A stretch of DNA of 64,000 bases, taken from contig BFEA01000040.1 of NCBI GenBank assembly GCA_003427395.1, positions 3,643,022 through 3,707,021 on the forward strand, given 5' to 3'. Made by a program: the position numbers and the translations under genes. Within the stretch, counting starts at the first letter, position 1. Every line of letters starts with the position of its first letter. Under the pieces are notes generated by a model. The model saw only the letters and a list, made by a program, of their open reading frames with translations. It made no database searches and was not told the DNA's origin. The DNA comes from Chara braunii (lineage: Eukaryota; Plantae; Charophyceae). Shown piece after piece: positions 39,022 through 51,903 of the stretch.

Positions 39022-40459
39022 GGATTCTACTTGTTGGCGAGAGTTGACTTTGCTGCCATAACCCTAACCCTAGTGGTAAGGGCTAACCACTTAGGGTTAG
39101 GGCTGGAAGTTAGGGTTAAGTGGGGCAGCGTGGTAAAGGGAAGCTTCTCCCACCTGGCAGGGCCGTGTAGGGTCGACACTAGACCCAGCCAGGTTGCTTG
39201 AGTGCATGTTTGTGGTGGCGAGACACAAGGTGGGACTTCGTGATGCAATTTCAGAGAGGCGACAGTGAAGGGCACCTACAACTTGAATCTGGACTTCAAG
39301 GAAGACGAGGAGTGACTTTAGGGCTCCCCTCAAGTAGGCGAGCTTGAGGGTGGAAGCCATATCTGCACCTACGGACTGCAAGTTGCTGCTTTGATCTTCA
39401 ACATCGACGGGGGATCCGGCTTTGTACTTTGGTGTAGATGTTGACCCTCTTAGATGATAGGACACTAGTGTAGAGGATGTTCATTGGGTCAGGAGGACTA
39501 TGTGAGAGGGGGGGGAGTTCTTTTCATCTCAAGAGCCCGGCCACTCAGGTAAGTGTCGTGCCACCAGGGTGCCCATGTATGTGTGCATGGAATTGACTGC
39601 CTGTTGGGGTTCTCTGGGTTCTTCTTCCATCCTCCATAGTCTTGATTGTGTGTGAGGTGTGTGAACTGCCTACTTACCTGATGAGTGTATGAATGGAGTA
39701 TCTTGTTTGCCATGTGATATCTCTCTACAGTGCTTTGTTTATTTCATTATGAACGGCTGTAGTCTACAGATTCTTTCTGGGGCAAAATTTTGTTTTTCAA
39801 TTTGGTAGGGACAAAGTAGGTCTTTGTGGAACTCTTGTTGGTTGGGACCCGGTTCTGACTCCACTGGGACCGTTTGGGACTCAGTGGGACCGGGGCCAAA
39901 CAAGAAGGGCCCCTTAGGCCAAATCTGTTGACATCAGTTACCTTGCTTTATCTGATTGGGACTCGGACTTTATGCTTTCGGACCAGGACACTCGCTGCGG
40001 AGCACGATCCGCCGCCAGACTCGCACCTTGGACACCACTCAATTCTCTCTTGCATTTCGCTGTACATCTTGAATCTGATTTGTTGTGTTTTCACGGAGTT
40101 GAGGCCGGCTAGGCTTGGGAGGACCCCATACGTAGTCAGTCCAGACTGTGTGGCTGGATCAGATCTCTCTGATATTCTTTTTTTTGTTTTGATGACTGCT
40201 CTCCAGTCCAAATGAATTGCCGCTCCGGCTAGGAGTTCTACCTTCTCTTATGACTGATTTCAAGTTGTTTCTTTCATTGGGTTCATTAATGCCTGCGTCT
40301 ACACAGTCGCAAACAAGAGAGAGAGAGAGAAGAGAGAAGTTTCTGAGTGTTGCTCTTGAGGGAGTGAGGAGAGGGAAGAGGAGTGTTCGTCCAAAACAAG
40401 TGAGGAAGTACGAACCTCTCTCAAGCTTGAGAGACTTATTGACTCCCTCGTCCTTCATC

Positions 40460-42070
40460 ATGGCGTCTGCAGCAGACTGGAAGCTGCAGATGGACGCTGC
40501 CCCTGAGGCAGAAAAACCGCAGTATCAGTTCTTCTATGATAAAGCTTTGAAGAGGGAAAAGGAAAAGAAAGAGAGAGAGAGAAGGGATAAGGTGCAGGCT
40601 CATGAGGCCGTCTTTAGCACCGTGTCTGCTTTGACTAATGAGGAGGTAGAAGAGAAAACGGTTACCCTCCTCAGAGCCTTGGTAGAGGTCCGGGTTGCTG
40701 AGGACCACACTGACCAATTCGCACAGGTGTTTAAGCAGCTCAAGGAGTTGCGCGAAGACATGGCCAAAATGGCGCAGCAGCGCCGTGACCAGCTGCAACA
40801 ATTTGCTAGTTCGCAGCAGGCTCAGGTTGTCTCTCCACTCACCTACCCTGCTTCCAATGTTGCGTGTCAGTCCAGTTTTGCCCCTCTAACTGTGTCAACT
40901 TCTTCTCCTTCTACTTCTTCTTCTTCTTTGAGTGTGATTAACAGCCAAAGCGGATCTGCAGCAAGTACAGACCCCGCTGCTGCTGCTGCTGCTGTAGCGG
41001 CAAGTGGTAGTGTAGGGAATTCTGGAACCGTTGCAGTCCCGAGTCCGGACCCAGCAATGGCAGGGCCAAGTGGTAGCTTTGCTTACATCGACAGGAAGGC
41101 GGTGCAGATTTCGTCCAAGTATGACAGAAAGGACGACATCGAGTCTTGGATCAGCTTCATGCGATCCTACTTTGATGTGTTCGGGACACCCTCGTCAACC
41201 CAGTCGTCTATCCTAGGGACTAATGTGGAGCCCGTCGTGAGAGGTTTCTTGGAAACCCAAGCTGTCCAATTAGGCTATAAGAGAATAGACGTGAACAAAT
41301 GGTTGAAGGCCACGCCTACCACCACACTCGAGGACCTCTTGATCAAACAGTATGCTGATCCACATGCTGCAGCTAAAGCAAGACTCAAGCTTGACAAGCT
41401 CAAGCACAGCAAGTGGACTGACACCATGCATAGCCTGCAACAGTATGTTAGTAAACTCTTTGCTACTCCAGATCTGGAGATGACTGCGCAGTCTTGTTTG
41501 GATGTGATAAAAGGTACGGTCCCCTCTACTCTAAAAGATTGTCCAGGGCTCGGGCTCAGCGGATATACAGATTGGCTTACCCTCATGCGGGACTTAGTCA
41601 AGCTGGAGGCACAAGACCTCCCAGGTGGATCAAGTGGCAAAAAGGTCACCAACCGCAAATGGTTTACAGCTAGCAACCGTTTTGCAGCACTCGATCTGCT
41701 TGAGGTTGACGAGGAGACCCTCGTGGATGAATCTTCTCTTGATGACGATCAAGAGCAAGACTGCGGGGCATCTTGCTCTATGTCAGCCCATGAGTCTGAG
41801 TATGTAAATGACGAAGAATCTATGAATGCCTTTAAAAAGACTGCCTTTAAAAGTAAGGGACCGAGGACCACGATGAAGAACAACACTAACACTATCCTTC
41901 TTCCCAAGGGAGCGAAGATTTCACCCAAACCGGAAGACCCTGCCACAAAACCATGAGTAGATATCCGGATCAGTGAAAGTGAGTGGAAACACAGGGTGAA
42001 GAAAGGGGTTTGCCTGCATTGCATTTAACCGGGACATTCAGTCAAACATTGTTTCAGATTGCAGCAGGGA
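40460..42070 (+). pseudogene. gag: Gag (capsid-like region and CCHC knuckle, with stops)
   Basis: KYDRKDDIESWISFMRSYF; CLHCI*PGHSVKHC at ~42011-42052. Confidence 0.88.
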
Positions 42071-42193
42071 AACCAGCAACGGGGGTAGAGACATCATCAG
42101 CACACTCTACAGAGGGAGAGGCTGAACATGTAAATGTAGATCCTTCTTTGGATTCTGATCCCACTCAACAAACCTCTCCTGAGACCCCATCTG

Positions 42194-45100
42194 ATGCTGA
42201 TTCCAAGGCTGAAAAGATACACATTCTTTATCATTCTATACAAGGAGCCTTGGGTAGAGTCGGAAGAAATTGACTTCCATGCTCTGTTGACACGCTGGGC
42301 TCATATGAAGCAAGAACGCGCGCAAGGGAGAACGAAGTTAATCTTCTTCAAACTCTACATTAACGGTCATTACATCCGTGCGTTGGCTGATTGTGCTGCA
42401 ACCGTCAACTACTTCTCACCGCACGGCATTCGTAAGGCACGCTTGGGGATGAAGCAAGTGACTTTGCAGAATCCTTGCCGGACCCAAGTAGGCAACCAAG
42501 AGGTTGTCACATCTACGCATGCAGTCAAAGGTGTGCGCATTACCTTTGACGCCGATCGCACGATCACGCATGGGTTGAACTTTTACGTCCTTGATCAGTG
42601 CCCCTTCGACGCGGTTATTGGCTTGGGCTGGTTGCACGCCCAATGTGAAAGAACCACGTGGAATACTCACAATTCATGGTCAAAAATGCCATGGGAATCG
42701 AGCGTTCAGTCCTCTTGGATGAGTCGCGCGAGTCCCAAGTAACTTTTCTCAATGCAACGCAATTCTGCAAAAAGTGGCGCAGGCGCAAAGTTGATGAGCA
42801 AACGTATACAGCCTTTGTTAGGCCTGCTCATGTGCCTTCTATTTTTGCTATAGATAATGATTCTACTTTGCATGTTGTTTCTACTTCTGAGGCAACTACT
42901 TCTACCTCTACTAAATCCATCTCTAGTCCAAATGACTCTATTTCTAATCCTATTGTGTTGGCTGCACCTATAACATCCGATATGCTTGCTCCTAAGAGTG
43001 ATGATCCCACTCCGGAAGTTCCGCCGGAAATTCGCAACCTTCTCAACCGATTTCCTGAAGTCTTGGACAAACCGCATGGAGTTCCCGTGCGTCCAATCTG
43101 ACACAAGATCGAGTTGATTGAAGGTAGCACTCCTCCAAATGGTTGTGTCTATCGAATGGGCTCAAGCGAATTGGAGGAGTTGCGAAGGCAGATTGATGAG
43201 ATGATTGGGAAGGGATGGATCAAACCAAGTGAGTCTGAGTTTAGTGCACCGGTTCTGTTTGTCCCTAAGAAAGGAGGCAAATTGCGGATGTGTATTGAGT
43301 ACCGTGGATTGAATCGGATCACAAGAAAGAATGCATATCCTTTGCCATGCATCGATGATTTGCTTGATGCTGCAGGTGGGTGCAAAGTCTTCAGCACGAT
43401 CAATCTCAAGTCTGGCTACCACCAGATTGAAGTCGATCATGCAGACCAGCACAAAACCGCATTCAAAACTCGCGATGGGTTGTACGAGTTTACCGTCATG
43501 CCCTTCGGATTCACGAATGCACCAGCCACCTTTCAAAGTCTCATGGACAAAGTGTTCCGCCATCAGATTAACCGGTTTGTTGTTGTTTATCTGGATGACA
43601 TACTCATATTCAACAAATCGATGGAGGAACACATGAGACATTTTGAGGAAGTGTTGCAGGTCCTCAAGGAAGCGCAACTCCATCTCAACTTGGAGAAATC
43701 TGAGTTTGGGAGGGATAGCGTCATCTACCTTGGGCACCGGTTGTCTACTGTAGGTCTAGAGCCTGAGGCAACCAAGGTTGAGGTAATCCGCAATTGGCCT
43801 CAACCGACAAATGTCCGCGAGTTGCGTTCTTTTCTTGGTCTTGCCTCGTACTATCGCAATTTTGTGCCTAAATTCTCTATCATCGTTCGTCCGCTGTTTA
43901 GATTGACCAGCAAGAATGTGTCCTACACATGGGATGGGGAATGCACGACAGCCTTCCAAGCATTGAAGGAGGCTTTGGTGAGTTGTCCGGTGCTCCGCAT
44001 TGTAGATCCCAAACTCACATTCGTAGTAACTACGGATGCCAGTTTATATGGGATTGGTGCAGTGCTGCAACAAGATGACGGCGACGGCCTACGTCCGCTA
44101 GAATTTTACAGCAAACGTATGCCCAGTCACAAGGTAGCTGCCTCCACTTACATGCGAGAACTCTATGCCTTGAGAGAGGCACTAGACCACTGGAAGCACT
44201 ACCTCTTGGGTCGCCATTTCAAAGTGTTCTCAGACCATGAGACCTTGAAATGGGTTCAGACACAGAACAATCCCTCAACTACACTGACCCGTTGGCTGCA
44301 TGAGATTGCTGTGTATGATTTTGAGATCAAACACAAGAAAGGTTGTTATAATCGAGTTGCGGTGCTTTGTCGCGCCATCCTGAATACATGACTTTCCTTG
44401 TGGGTTCCTACGACCTGCGTAAAAATCTGAAGGAGGAACTCATAGAGCATACTGCCAAGGATCTGGAACTCAGTCCCATCCTTGAGCAGATTCGGGCTGA
44501 CCCTAGCAGACAGCCTGATTTCCATGAATGTAAGAGTCTTCTCTCCCGACATTACGGGAAGCATGACCGATTGTGTGTGCCCAACCATGAGCCGATCATG
44601 ACTCACTTCTTGGATTTGGCTCATGGCCAGAGTGGACACTTCGGTGTTGAGAAGACATACGAAAATCTGTTGGAAAAGTTTGTGTGGCCTGGAATGAAAA
44701 GAATGATACAAAGGTTTGTGGCTGAGTGTGAAGTTTGCCAGCGCATCAAGCCGTCTCGACAGAAGCCCTATGGGTTGTTGCACCCTCTCCCTATTCCTGA
44801 TGGTCCAGGTGAGTCAGTTTCCATTGACTTCACAGACATGGGAAAGAAGAGCAGAAACGGCTATTCACAAGTAATGGTGATCGTCGATCGTTTTCCAAAT
44901 TTCTGAATCTAATCCCATTACCACCTCATGCACCAACTGACCTTCTGATCGAAGAATTTAACAAAAAGTACATTCTGCAGTGCGGACCCCCGAAGACTCT
45001 TGTGAGCGATCGGGATACCAGGTTCATAAGTGCAGATTGGAAAGACTTCACATCCCAGACCTATGACATGAAACTCAAAATGACGTCTGGTCGACACGCC

Positions 45101-45978
45101 GAAGCCAATGGACTGGCCGAGGAGATCAACCAGGCTGTGATCCAACTTCTCAGGGTTCTTATCGTGCCTGACCCGAACTCTTGGGATGAGGAGTTGCCGA
45201 TTGTGCAGGGGTTGTACAACAACTCCATCCACTCTTCCACCGGGATGACGCCTAACCGGCTGCACCTTGGATGGAAAATCTACAATCCCTTATCCTATCT
45301 GTTCCTGGAACAGCCACCTGGCCTAACACCTGGCCAGCCAAGCTATAGTGCTAAGTACGATCGTTTGCTTAAAGTTGTTGTCGCAGCTATGGAAAGGTGA
45401 CGCAATGCTATAATTAAGCATGCAAACAAAAAGCGTCAGCCTGACCCCTTCACCGTGGGAAGTTATGTTTGGGTCAAGATATCTGAGTTTTCTGAAGAAG
45501 AAGGCGTATCACGAAAACTTCTTCCTCAGTACTATGGTCCCTGGAAGGTGCTAAACTGAATAGGTAATGATTCCTTCGGTCTTTCCTACACGATTGATGT
45601 GCCTACTCATTTGCGCACATACCCAGTCTTTCACGCATTAAAGTTATTTCCGTATGAGCCGCCTGAGACGTTTACCGAGAATCGATGATTCCCCGCGCAA
45701 TCAATGGCGGTCACGAGGTTGATAGGATTGTCGAGCACAGTGGGAAGGGAAAAAACAGACAATATAAAGTACATTTTCTATACCATCCACTGAATGATTT
45801 CTACTGGATTGCTAAGAAGGACTTACTGCAGAGTGCACCGCGCGTCGTTAACGCCTATGAACGATTGATCAGTTCGGAACAGCAACCAAAATTCACTGCT
45901 ACCCTCACTCCTACGGAACCCACCTTATCTCTCTTTGCTATCTACGCCTACGATGCATTGTGCAAGGACTCCGATTGA
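42194..45978 (+). pseudogene. pol: Pol: protease, RT, RNase H, integrase, chromodomain (frameshifted)
   Basis: ALADCAAT; LKSGYHQ, MPFG, YLDD; TDAS, SDH; H..GHFG..C..C, SIDF, SDRD; EVDRIVEH..QYKVHF..FYW. Confidence 0.95.
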
Positions 45979-46006
45979 GTTACTTGCTCAAAGGGACCTC
46001 GCTCTT

Positions 46007-46019
46007 GAGGGGGGGGTAG
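46007..46019 (+). promoter_or_regulatory. Polypurine tract
   Basis: gaggggggggtag immediately before the 3' LTR. Confidence 0.85.
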
Positions 46020-47278
46020 TGTAATGACCCGTCAAAACACAGATTGAGAACACTGCTGATTTATGAAGTTCTGCCGATGGAATGGATGCCTTGCTGAGGT
46101 TCTCGCATTCTGTTGTGATTTCTAAGTCTGTCTGTGTGTGCGTGCTTGTGACCTGCGTGCCTGTCTGAGTGCTTGTCGGTATGAGTGTGTGTGTGACCCG
46201 CAAGGGTACTTGCTTGTTTGGTAGGCCCGTAGAGCCGGTACTTACCTGTGGTCATGGCATTGAGGGTTGTAGCAGGGAAAAACACTCAAGTGGCGAAGCT
46301 AGCGGCCCCGCGGCCCTTGGGGTAGTGGAAAAACACTCAAGTAGGCCGGTAGGCCGATACTACACCCCACTGCAGTTGGCGTGAAGGGGTAATGGAGGTC
46401 GAGCAGAAAAAGACAAAGTTGGCATTTTTAGAGTCCAGTAGCGGTAAGGTAGGTCTAGGCCGGTACCAGTCCAAGCAGTCTGAGTCTAGAGCCTGTACGG
46501 GTAATATCAGGGTCTACAATGATGTTTCCCTCCGAAACGGAGGAAGTACCGGTTGCTTGGAGAGGCTGAGCGGCCTGGAAGTCACCGCCCAAGAGGCAAG
46601 CAGGCCGCTATATCAAGAGGCCAGGCGGAGAGCCCAGCCTCATTCTTCAGTGTGCAAGTTTGGCGACACACTGCTGGAGCGCTGGCTGGAGTGGCACTGG
46701 GTACTACAACTTTGCTGGGAGGAAGAAGCCGGAAGCTCCCACCTTGGCTATAATGGTGGAGCTCTACTGATAGGAGGAGGAGGGGGAAGGGGACCAAGGG
46801 GAAGAGTGGCGAGGTACTAACTGGCTATGGTAGACACCATCTTCATCTCCTTGCTAGGCGCTGCATCAGGAAGGCCCCAGTGGGGGTAGTGCCGCATCAA
46901 GGAAGCTCGGGACAGAGTCAGGCATGGTGGCTGAGTGAGCAGCGGCATAGCTGCTTGGTGATGACCTTGAAGTGGGGCAGCGGCATAGCTGCTTTGGGTT
47001 GTCCTTTGGACGGGAGGTTGAAGCCTCAGTAGTCCACCATAGCCTCGGCCTGTATGTAAAGGAAGAGGAAGGGTTGCCATGGCTATGGTGAACCTCATGT
47101 TGAGCCTGCAGTAGAAGTGGGATTCGGGCATTGATTCTGGTTCAGTCATTCAACATTATTATTGTTATTTTCTTGTTTGAATAAGAGGGAGGAGATAAGG
47201 AGGAAGAGATTGATTGGCGAAGAAGAAGAGCCTTGACATTGGTCTATGCTGGAGTACATCATCATCTTCTTCTTTCTC

Positions 47279-47309
<31 letters not shown>

Positions 47310-47407
47310 TCCCTCTCGTTCCTCAAGTTCATTCATTTCTTTTTGCAACTGGATGGGATTGTACTTTCATATGAATGTATACTTCGAAATTGGTCAGGAT
47401 CGTAACA
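46020..47407 (+). repeat. 3' LTR
   Basis: Matches the 5' LTR. Confidence 0.97.
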
Positions 47408-48055
47408 ATGGCAATGTACTATTTCTTTCATGAGGGACCCTGGGCCCTGTTCCCAGTGACACTCCCCACAAATAGATTGGTCAATATGTATAGATGAAAT
47501 AAGGGCGGGTGCAACACGTTTTGAAATCCTAATGGAAAAAAAAACTCGAGCCGGCAAGGAAACCACGTGCCAACTCGAAATGAGCAATTTCGGTCCAAAA
47601 GTATTCGTTGGGCTTTTTTTCTTTTTCCCTCTGATACCGCAGCCAGCCCCTGTAAATATGACACCCAGTCTGACACCACGGCCATCTGTACTTCCGTTGC
47701 CTTTTCAAACTTGGCACGGTTTTCTTTCCCGACACGTGTTTTTTTTGCCCATTCGATACTCAAAGGTGACATGAACGTACTTACCTCTACATATCTATAT
47801 ATAATATTGGGGTAACTACGGCGCTGTCACAAAAGCAATCTGTAATTGCATTTCAAACTGCATTTTAGCAGTTTAGTCAGGGCCCGAGTTTCAAATGCAG
47901 TTGAAACTCGGGCTGGCCTTTGTGAGCAGTTCAGTCAGGCAAATGGCCCCTTTTTTTTTTTCTTTTTTTTTTTTCCCTCAAGCGTGGCCGAGACATCTCG
48001 GTTGTGGCCCCGCCATGTGACAGGAAGCAAACAACACTGAAAGGGGTGTTCTTCT

Positions 48056-48080
<25 letters not shown>

Positions 48081-48086
<6 letters not shown>

Positions 48087-48506
48087 GGAGGCTGAACTCT
48101 CAACAGTCTGCATAATCCCCTAACTGATTACACTAAGTGATAATCCACCTTAACCCCGACTACGGTTAAGCATCAACGACTGCCCGACAATCGATACCCT
48201 GAGGCGGGCACCAACCACTGCCCTCAAGGTACCTGTGACGAAAATCAAAGCAGACTATCACTCACTCACACCAGATGGAAAAGTCTATAGACTGTCGGTT
48301 CACACCCCATCACAAGCCAGCAAAACACCAACGAAACAAAGAAAGGTCTATCACACCCAATAAATACGCTCCAGACTCGCCGTTGGCACTATAGGCATAG
48401 CATGGTCGCGTAGTGACGGCCCTGACCACTGCAGCTCGACCTGACAAGAGAAAACCGTAGCAGGGTGCTAGCGAAGTCTTGGTATATATATGTATATATA
48501 TATATA
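48081..48506 (-). mobile_element. Hammerhead repeat family copy (truncated after CTGATGA), next to (TA)n
   Basis: Homologous to 12623-12855 with an extra ~85-bp segment. Confidence 0.8.
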
Positions 48507-49080
48507 CAGGGTTACCTGACCGAATGTTCGGGGGCCCCTGGGCTGGCCCCCGAACGTTCGCGCGTTCGGGGTCCGAACACCTCCAGGTTCGGCCCCTGCC
48601 AAAAAAATTTCGGGGCCTAAACATAAGTTTTTTTTCTGAATTGTTTTTTGTGAGTTCTCTATAATGTAACCTACACGCCTATAAATTTTGAAACCATTCC
48701 GCTAAGCCAGAAAAAAATCATAAATCGTCAAAGATGGGGGTGTCAAAACGTGCTCGCCCACTCACTATTTTGTTTTTTTTTCACTTTAAGTTTTCGTTTT
48801 CACTTTATTTCGGGGCCTAAAACAGTTTATTATTTTTTGAAAAACTTTTAATCAGTTATTGATTATGTAAACTACATATCTGTAAATTTTCAGGGCATTT
48901 GTCAATGCCAAAAAATAATTGAAAATCGGCAAAGATGGCGGTATCGAAAAGGTGTTGGCACACTCACTCATTTTAATTCTCTTTTTATTTTTTATTTTTT
49001 TTATCATAGTGTTTATTTTCTGTATTTGATTTTTAATTCAAATTTAATAAAGAATTTGGATGTAGTGCCAAGGCAAATGT
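48507..49080. mobile_element. Probable non-autonomous DNA transposon end
   Basis: Starts caggg, has ccgaac/gttcgg subterminal repeats and an AT-rich internal duplication; other end not found. Confidence 0.4.
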
Positions 49081-49087
49081 TGTTTAG

Positions 49088-49390
49088 CATCCAGCGACCT
49101 AGCTCAGTTGGTAAGGCTCGCAAGTGGCATTCAGGAGGTCATGGGTTCAATCCCCATTGACCTCATGACTTCTTGGGCTTACTTGGCACCCGCTACCCAA
49201 GAGATAGACCATTGGATCCCCCGATCGGCATCAAGCAGAGCCTGCTATGTTCATAGGGGAGGGGCCTGAGGGGAGGCACGGGGGATTGGTCCGCTTTATC
49301 CCTGGTGCTACCACCCGTCCCCTAGCCGGTATCCTGCAGGCTCGAGGGGCCGTAAAAACACGGCTCTGGTATGCTACGGGTTTCCCCGTA
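49088..49390 (+). mobile_element. tRNA-derived SINE
   Basis: tagctcagttggta...gggttcaatcccc plus shared body. Confidence 0.85.
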
Positions 49391-49729
49391 TGCCTATAGG
49401 AAGGAGTAGCGGTAGGTAGGTAGTGTGAGGAAAAATTGAGAGAAGAGTATAGTTAAAAAAAAAAAAAAATGTTATTTANNNNNNNNNNNNNNNNNNNNNN
49501 NNNNNNNNNNNNNNNNNNNNNNNNNNNNNNNNNNNNNNNNNNNNNNNNNNNNNNNNNNNNNNNNNNNNNNNNNNNNNNNNNNNNNNNNNNNNNNNNNNNN
49601 NNNNNNNNNNNNNNNNNNNNNNNNNNNNNNNNNNNNNNNNNNNNNNNNNNNNNNNNNNNNNNNNNNNNNNNNNNNNNNNNNNNNNNNNNNNNNNNNNNNN
49701 NNNNNNNNNNNNNNNNNNNNNNNNNNNNN

Positions 49730-49890
49730 TATATATCGTCACAAACAGAAATGCCCGGTAAAACCGTAGGCAGAGAGAGAGAAGAGGACAACAAACGAGG
49801 GGCTGTGACAAACTGTTTCGTCGGAGTTTCACCGACTCATCAGGAGGCTGAACCCTCAACAGTGTGCAGAATCCCCTCACTGATATATAT
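49730..49890 (-). mobile_element. Hammerhead repeat family copy bounded by TA runs
   Basis: Homologous to 12520-12670. Confidence 0.85.
49809..49866 (-). ncRNA. Type III hammerhead ribozyme, intact core
   Basis: cacactg-TT-gagg[gttcag]cctc-CTGATGA-gtcgg[tgaaact]ccgac-GAAA-cagtttg; GUU cleavage triplet. Confidence 0.82.
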
Positions 49891-50410
49891 GCACATGTAT
49901 ATATGTATATCCTATCCCTTAAGCAGCATTGGCAGCGGGGAAGCGGTCCATGACGCGCTGCGCGCCGGATTCGGGTCGAAGTTCTGGTGAGGGGCGACAG
50001 ATGAAGGTGATCGAGGGTGGGGGAGTGTTCACAGCGCACCATTAAACGAGAGCGCGCGCCCCGGGGGCGGGGCACATAGTTGACGTTGATGCGGACAAAC
50101 ATCTGATACGCGGGCGGCTTTTTTTTTCTTTTTTTTCCCTGGTTGACCGTCATTTTGTGTCCCCCTTCTTTTTCCATTTCTCATCGTTTTGTGTCCCCCC
50201 TTTTTTCCGTTTTTTTTTCTTCTCCTTCCTTCTTTTCTCATTTCTTGCGCGGCTGTCGTTTTGCACCCCGCGGTAGGATTTTCTTGTTTCTGCGGACGAA
50301 CATCTTGGAGGCAAGCCATCTGAAATGCAATGTCAGGTCACCCACTGCATTTGTTATTTGTGCGGGTGTAGCCCACACTGCCCGCACCGCGGGCACTTAG
50401 CTAGTTTATA

Positions 50411-50478
50411 TTGTTGTCCTCTTCTCCCTCTCTGCCTACGGTTTAGCGGGCAGCTCTGTTTGACAATATATATATATA
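50411..50478 (+). repeat. 3' end of hammerhead repeat family plus (TA)n
   Basis: Reverse complement of 12521-12580. Confidence 0.8.
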
Positions 50479-50673
50479 TTCTTTTCAAGTCTGTTCCAGT
50501 CTTTCAGTACCTACCATCTATTACTTCTAAGGCTATACATGCGACCCCTGCAAGAATAGCTACCTCACAATGAAGAAATTGCAGGTTGGCCCCTGCCCTA
50601 ACAGCAATAGTCAGAGAGTAGGGTGGGGCTGTTGGTGAGGGTCCAGAACGAAAAGACCAAGCATTTTGCCAGT

Positions 50674-51350
50674 TGTAATGACCTGCCAAACACGGACTGA
50701 GACACGCAGCTGATTTCTGAGTTTTGCTCATGGAATGTATGCCTTGCTGACTTTTACCAGTTGCTGAGTTTTCTAAGTCTGTGTGTGTGCGTGCTGGCTG
50801 GTCTGAATGACTGTCTGAGTGCTTGTCGACTTGAGTGTGTGTGTGACCCGCAAGGGCACTTGTTCGTTCGGAAGGCCTGAAGGGTCGGTGCTTACCTGTG
50901 GCCGTGACATTGAGGGTTGCAGCGGGGAAAATATCCAAGCAGCGGAGAAAGAGGTCCATGACACTTAGAGCAGCGGAAAACACTCGAGTAGAAGGTAGGC
51001 CGATACCACACCAAATACAGGTAGATGTGCCAGGTCCTCGAGGCCAAGCAGAAGCAGACAAAAGGTTGCATTTTTAGAGACCCGGTAGTTGTAGGCTAGG
51101 TGTAGGTTTGTACCAGTCAAACCAGTCTGAGTCTAGGGACTGTACGGGCAATATCAGAGTCTGCAATGATGTTTCCCTCCGAAAGGGAGGAGGTAACGGT
51201 TGCTTGGAGGCCGCGCGGCATAGGAAGTCACTCGCCAAGAGGCAAGCAGGCCGTTATATCTCCAGGAGGAGCAAAGTGCTCCTCCTCATTGTCGTTGTGC
51301 AAGTTTGGCAACACACTGGATGGAGCGCTGGCTGGAGCAGTGCCAGCACC
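50674..51350 (+). mobile_element. Truncated LTR of a related Gypsy family
   Basis: Starts tgtaatgacc and is colinear with the first ~650 bp of the 37637 LTR. Confidence 0.88.
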
Positions 51351-51872
51351 CCCACCAATAGAAAGGAGACAACGCCAGAAGACACTGAGGTAATTACATA
51401 CTAGATGATCTATACATCACATGCTATGGGTTAGTTTTTGAGACCGACCCTGCACCTGAGTTGTAGAGATCAGCTATGTAACTACATCCATCTTTCTAAG
51501 CCCCGTCTTTCTTGGCTGTGTATTGGGGGGTCTTCTGTCCAAATCCGCCTGTTGTTAGCGTTGGAGAGGGTTAGACTATGTAACTCCGGTAATCCTAGCC
51601 GGCATGGCGAGGAGTCAATGCTGGCAAGACTGATCCAGGACACCTGTTGTATAGATCCCCCATGTAACTTACTTAGTCCATATCGTGTGGAGGTGAGGTT
51701 CAGGAAGAGAGAGTCGTGTCTTGGATACTCGTAGTTTTTTTTTTTTTTTTTTTTTTTTTTTTGAACGCAAACCCAGATATTTCCAATAAGAAGATTGAGG
51801 CTGGGGTCCTCACAGTCTACCCAGAGTGACGAAACCGGATTTGTTGAGAACCGGGCTCAGCGTCCCTCTTAA

Positions 51873-51903
<31 letters not shown>

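Larger units (their letters stand above)
37637..47407 (+). mobile_element. Full-length decayed Ty3/Gypsy chromovirus LTR retrotransposon
   Basis: TG..CA LTRs, ATGG on both flanks, PBS, gag-PR-RT-RH-IN-chromodomain order, PPT. Confidence 0.97.

Noticed and set aside
49095-49165. tRNA gene
   Set aside because: Anticodon stem does not pair and the sequence continues into a repeated body, so it is a SINE head
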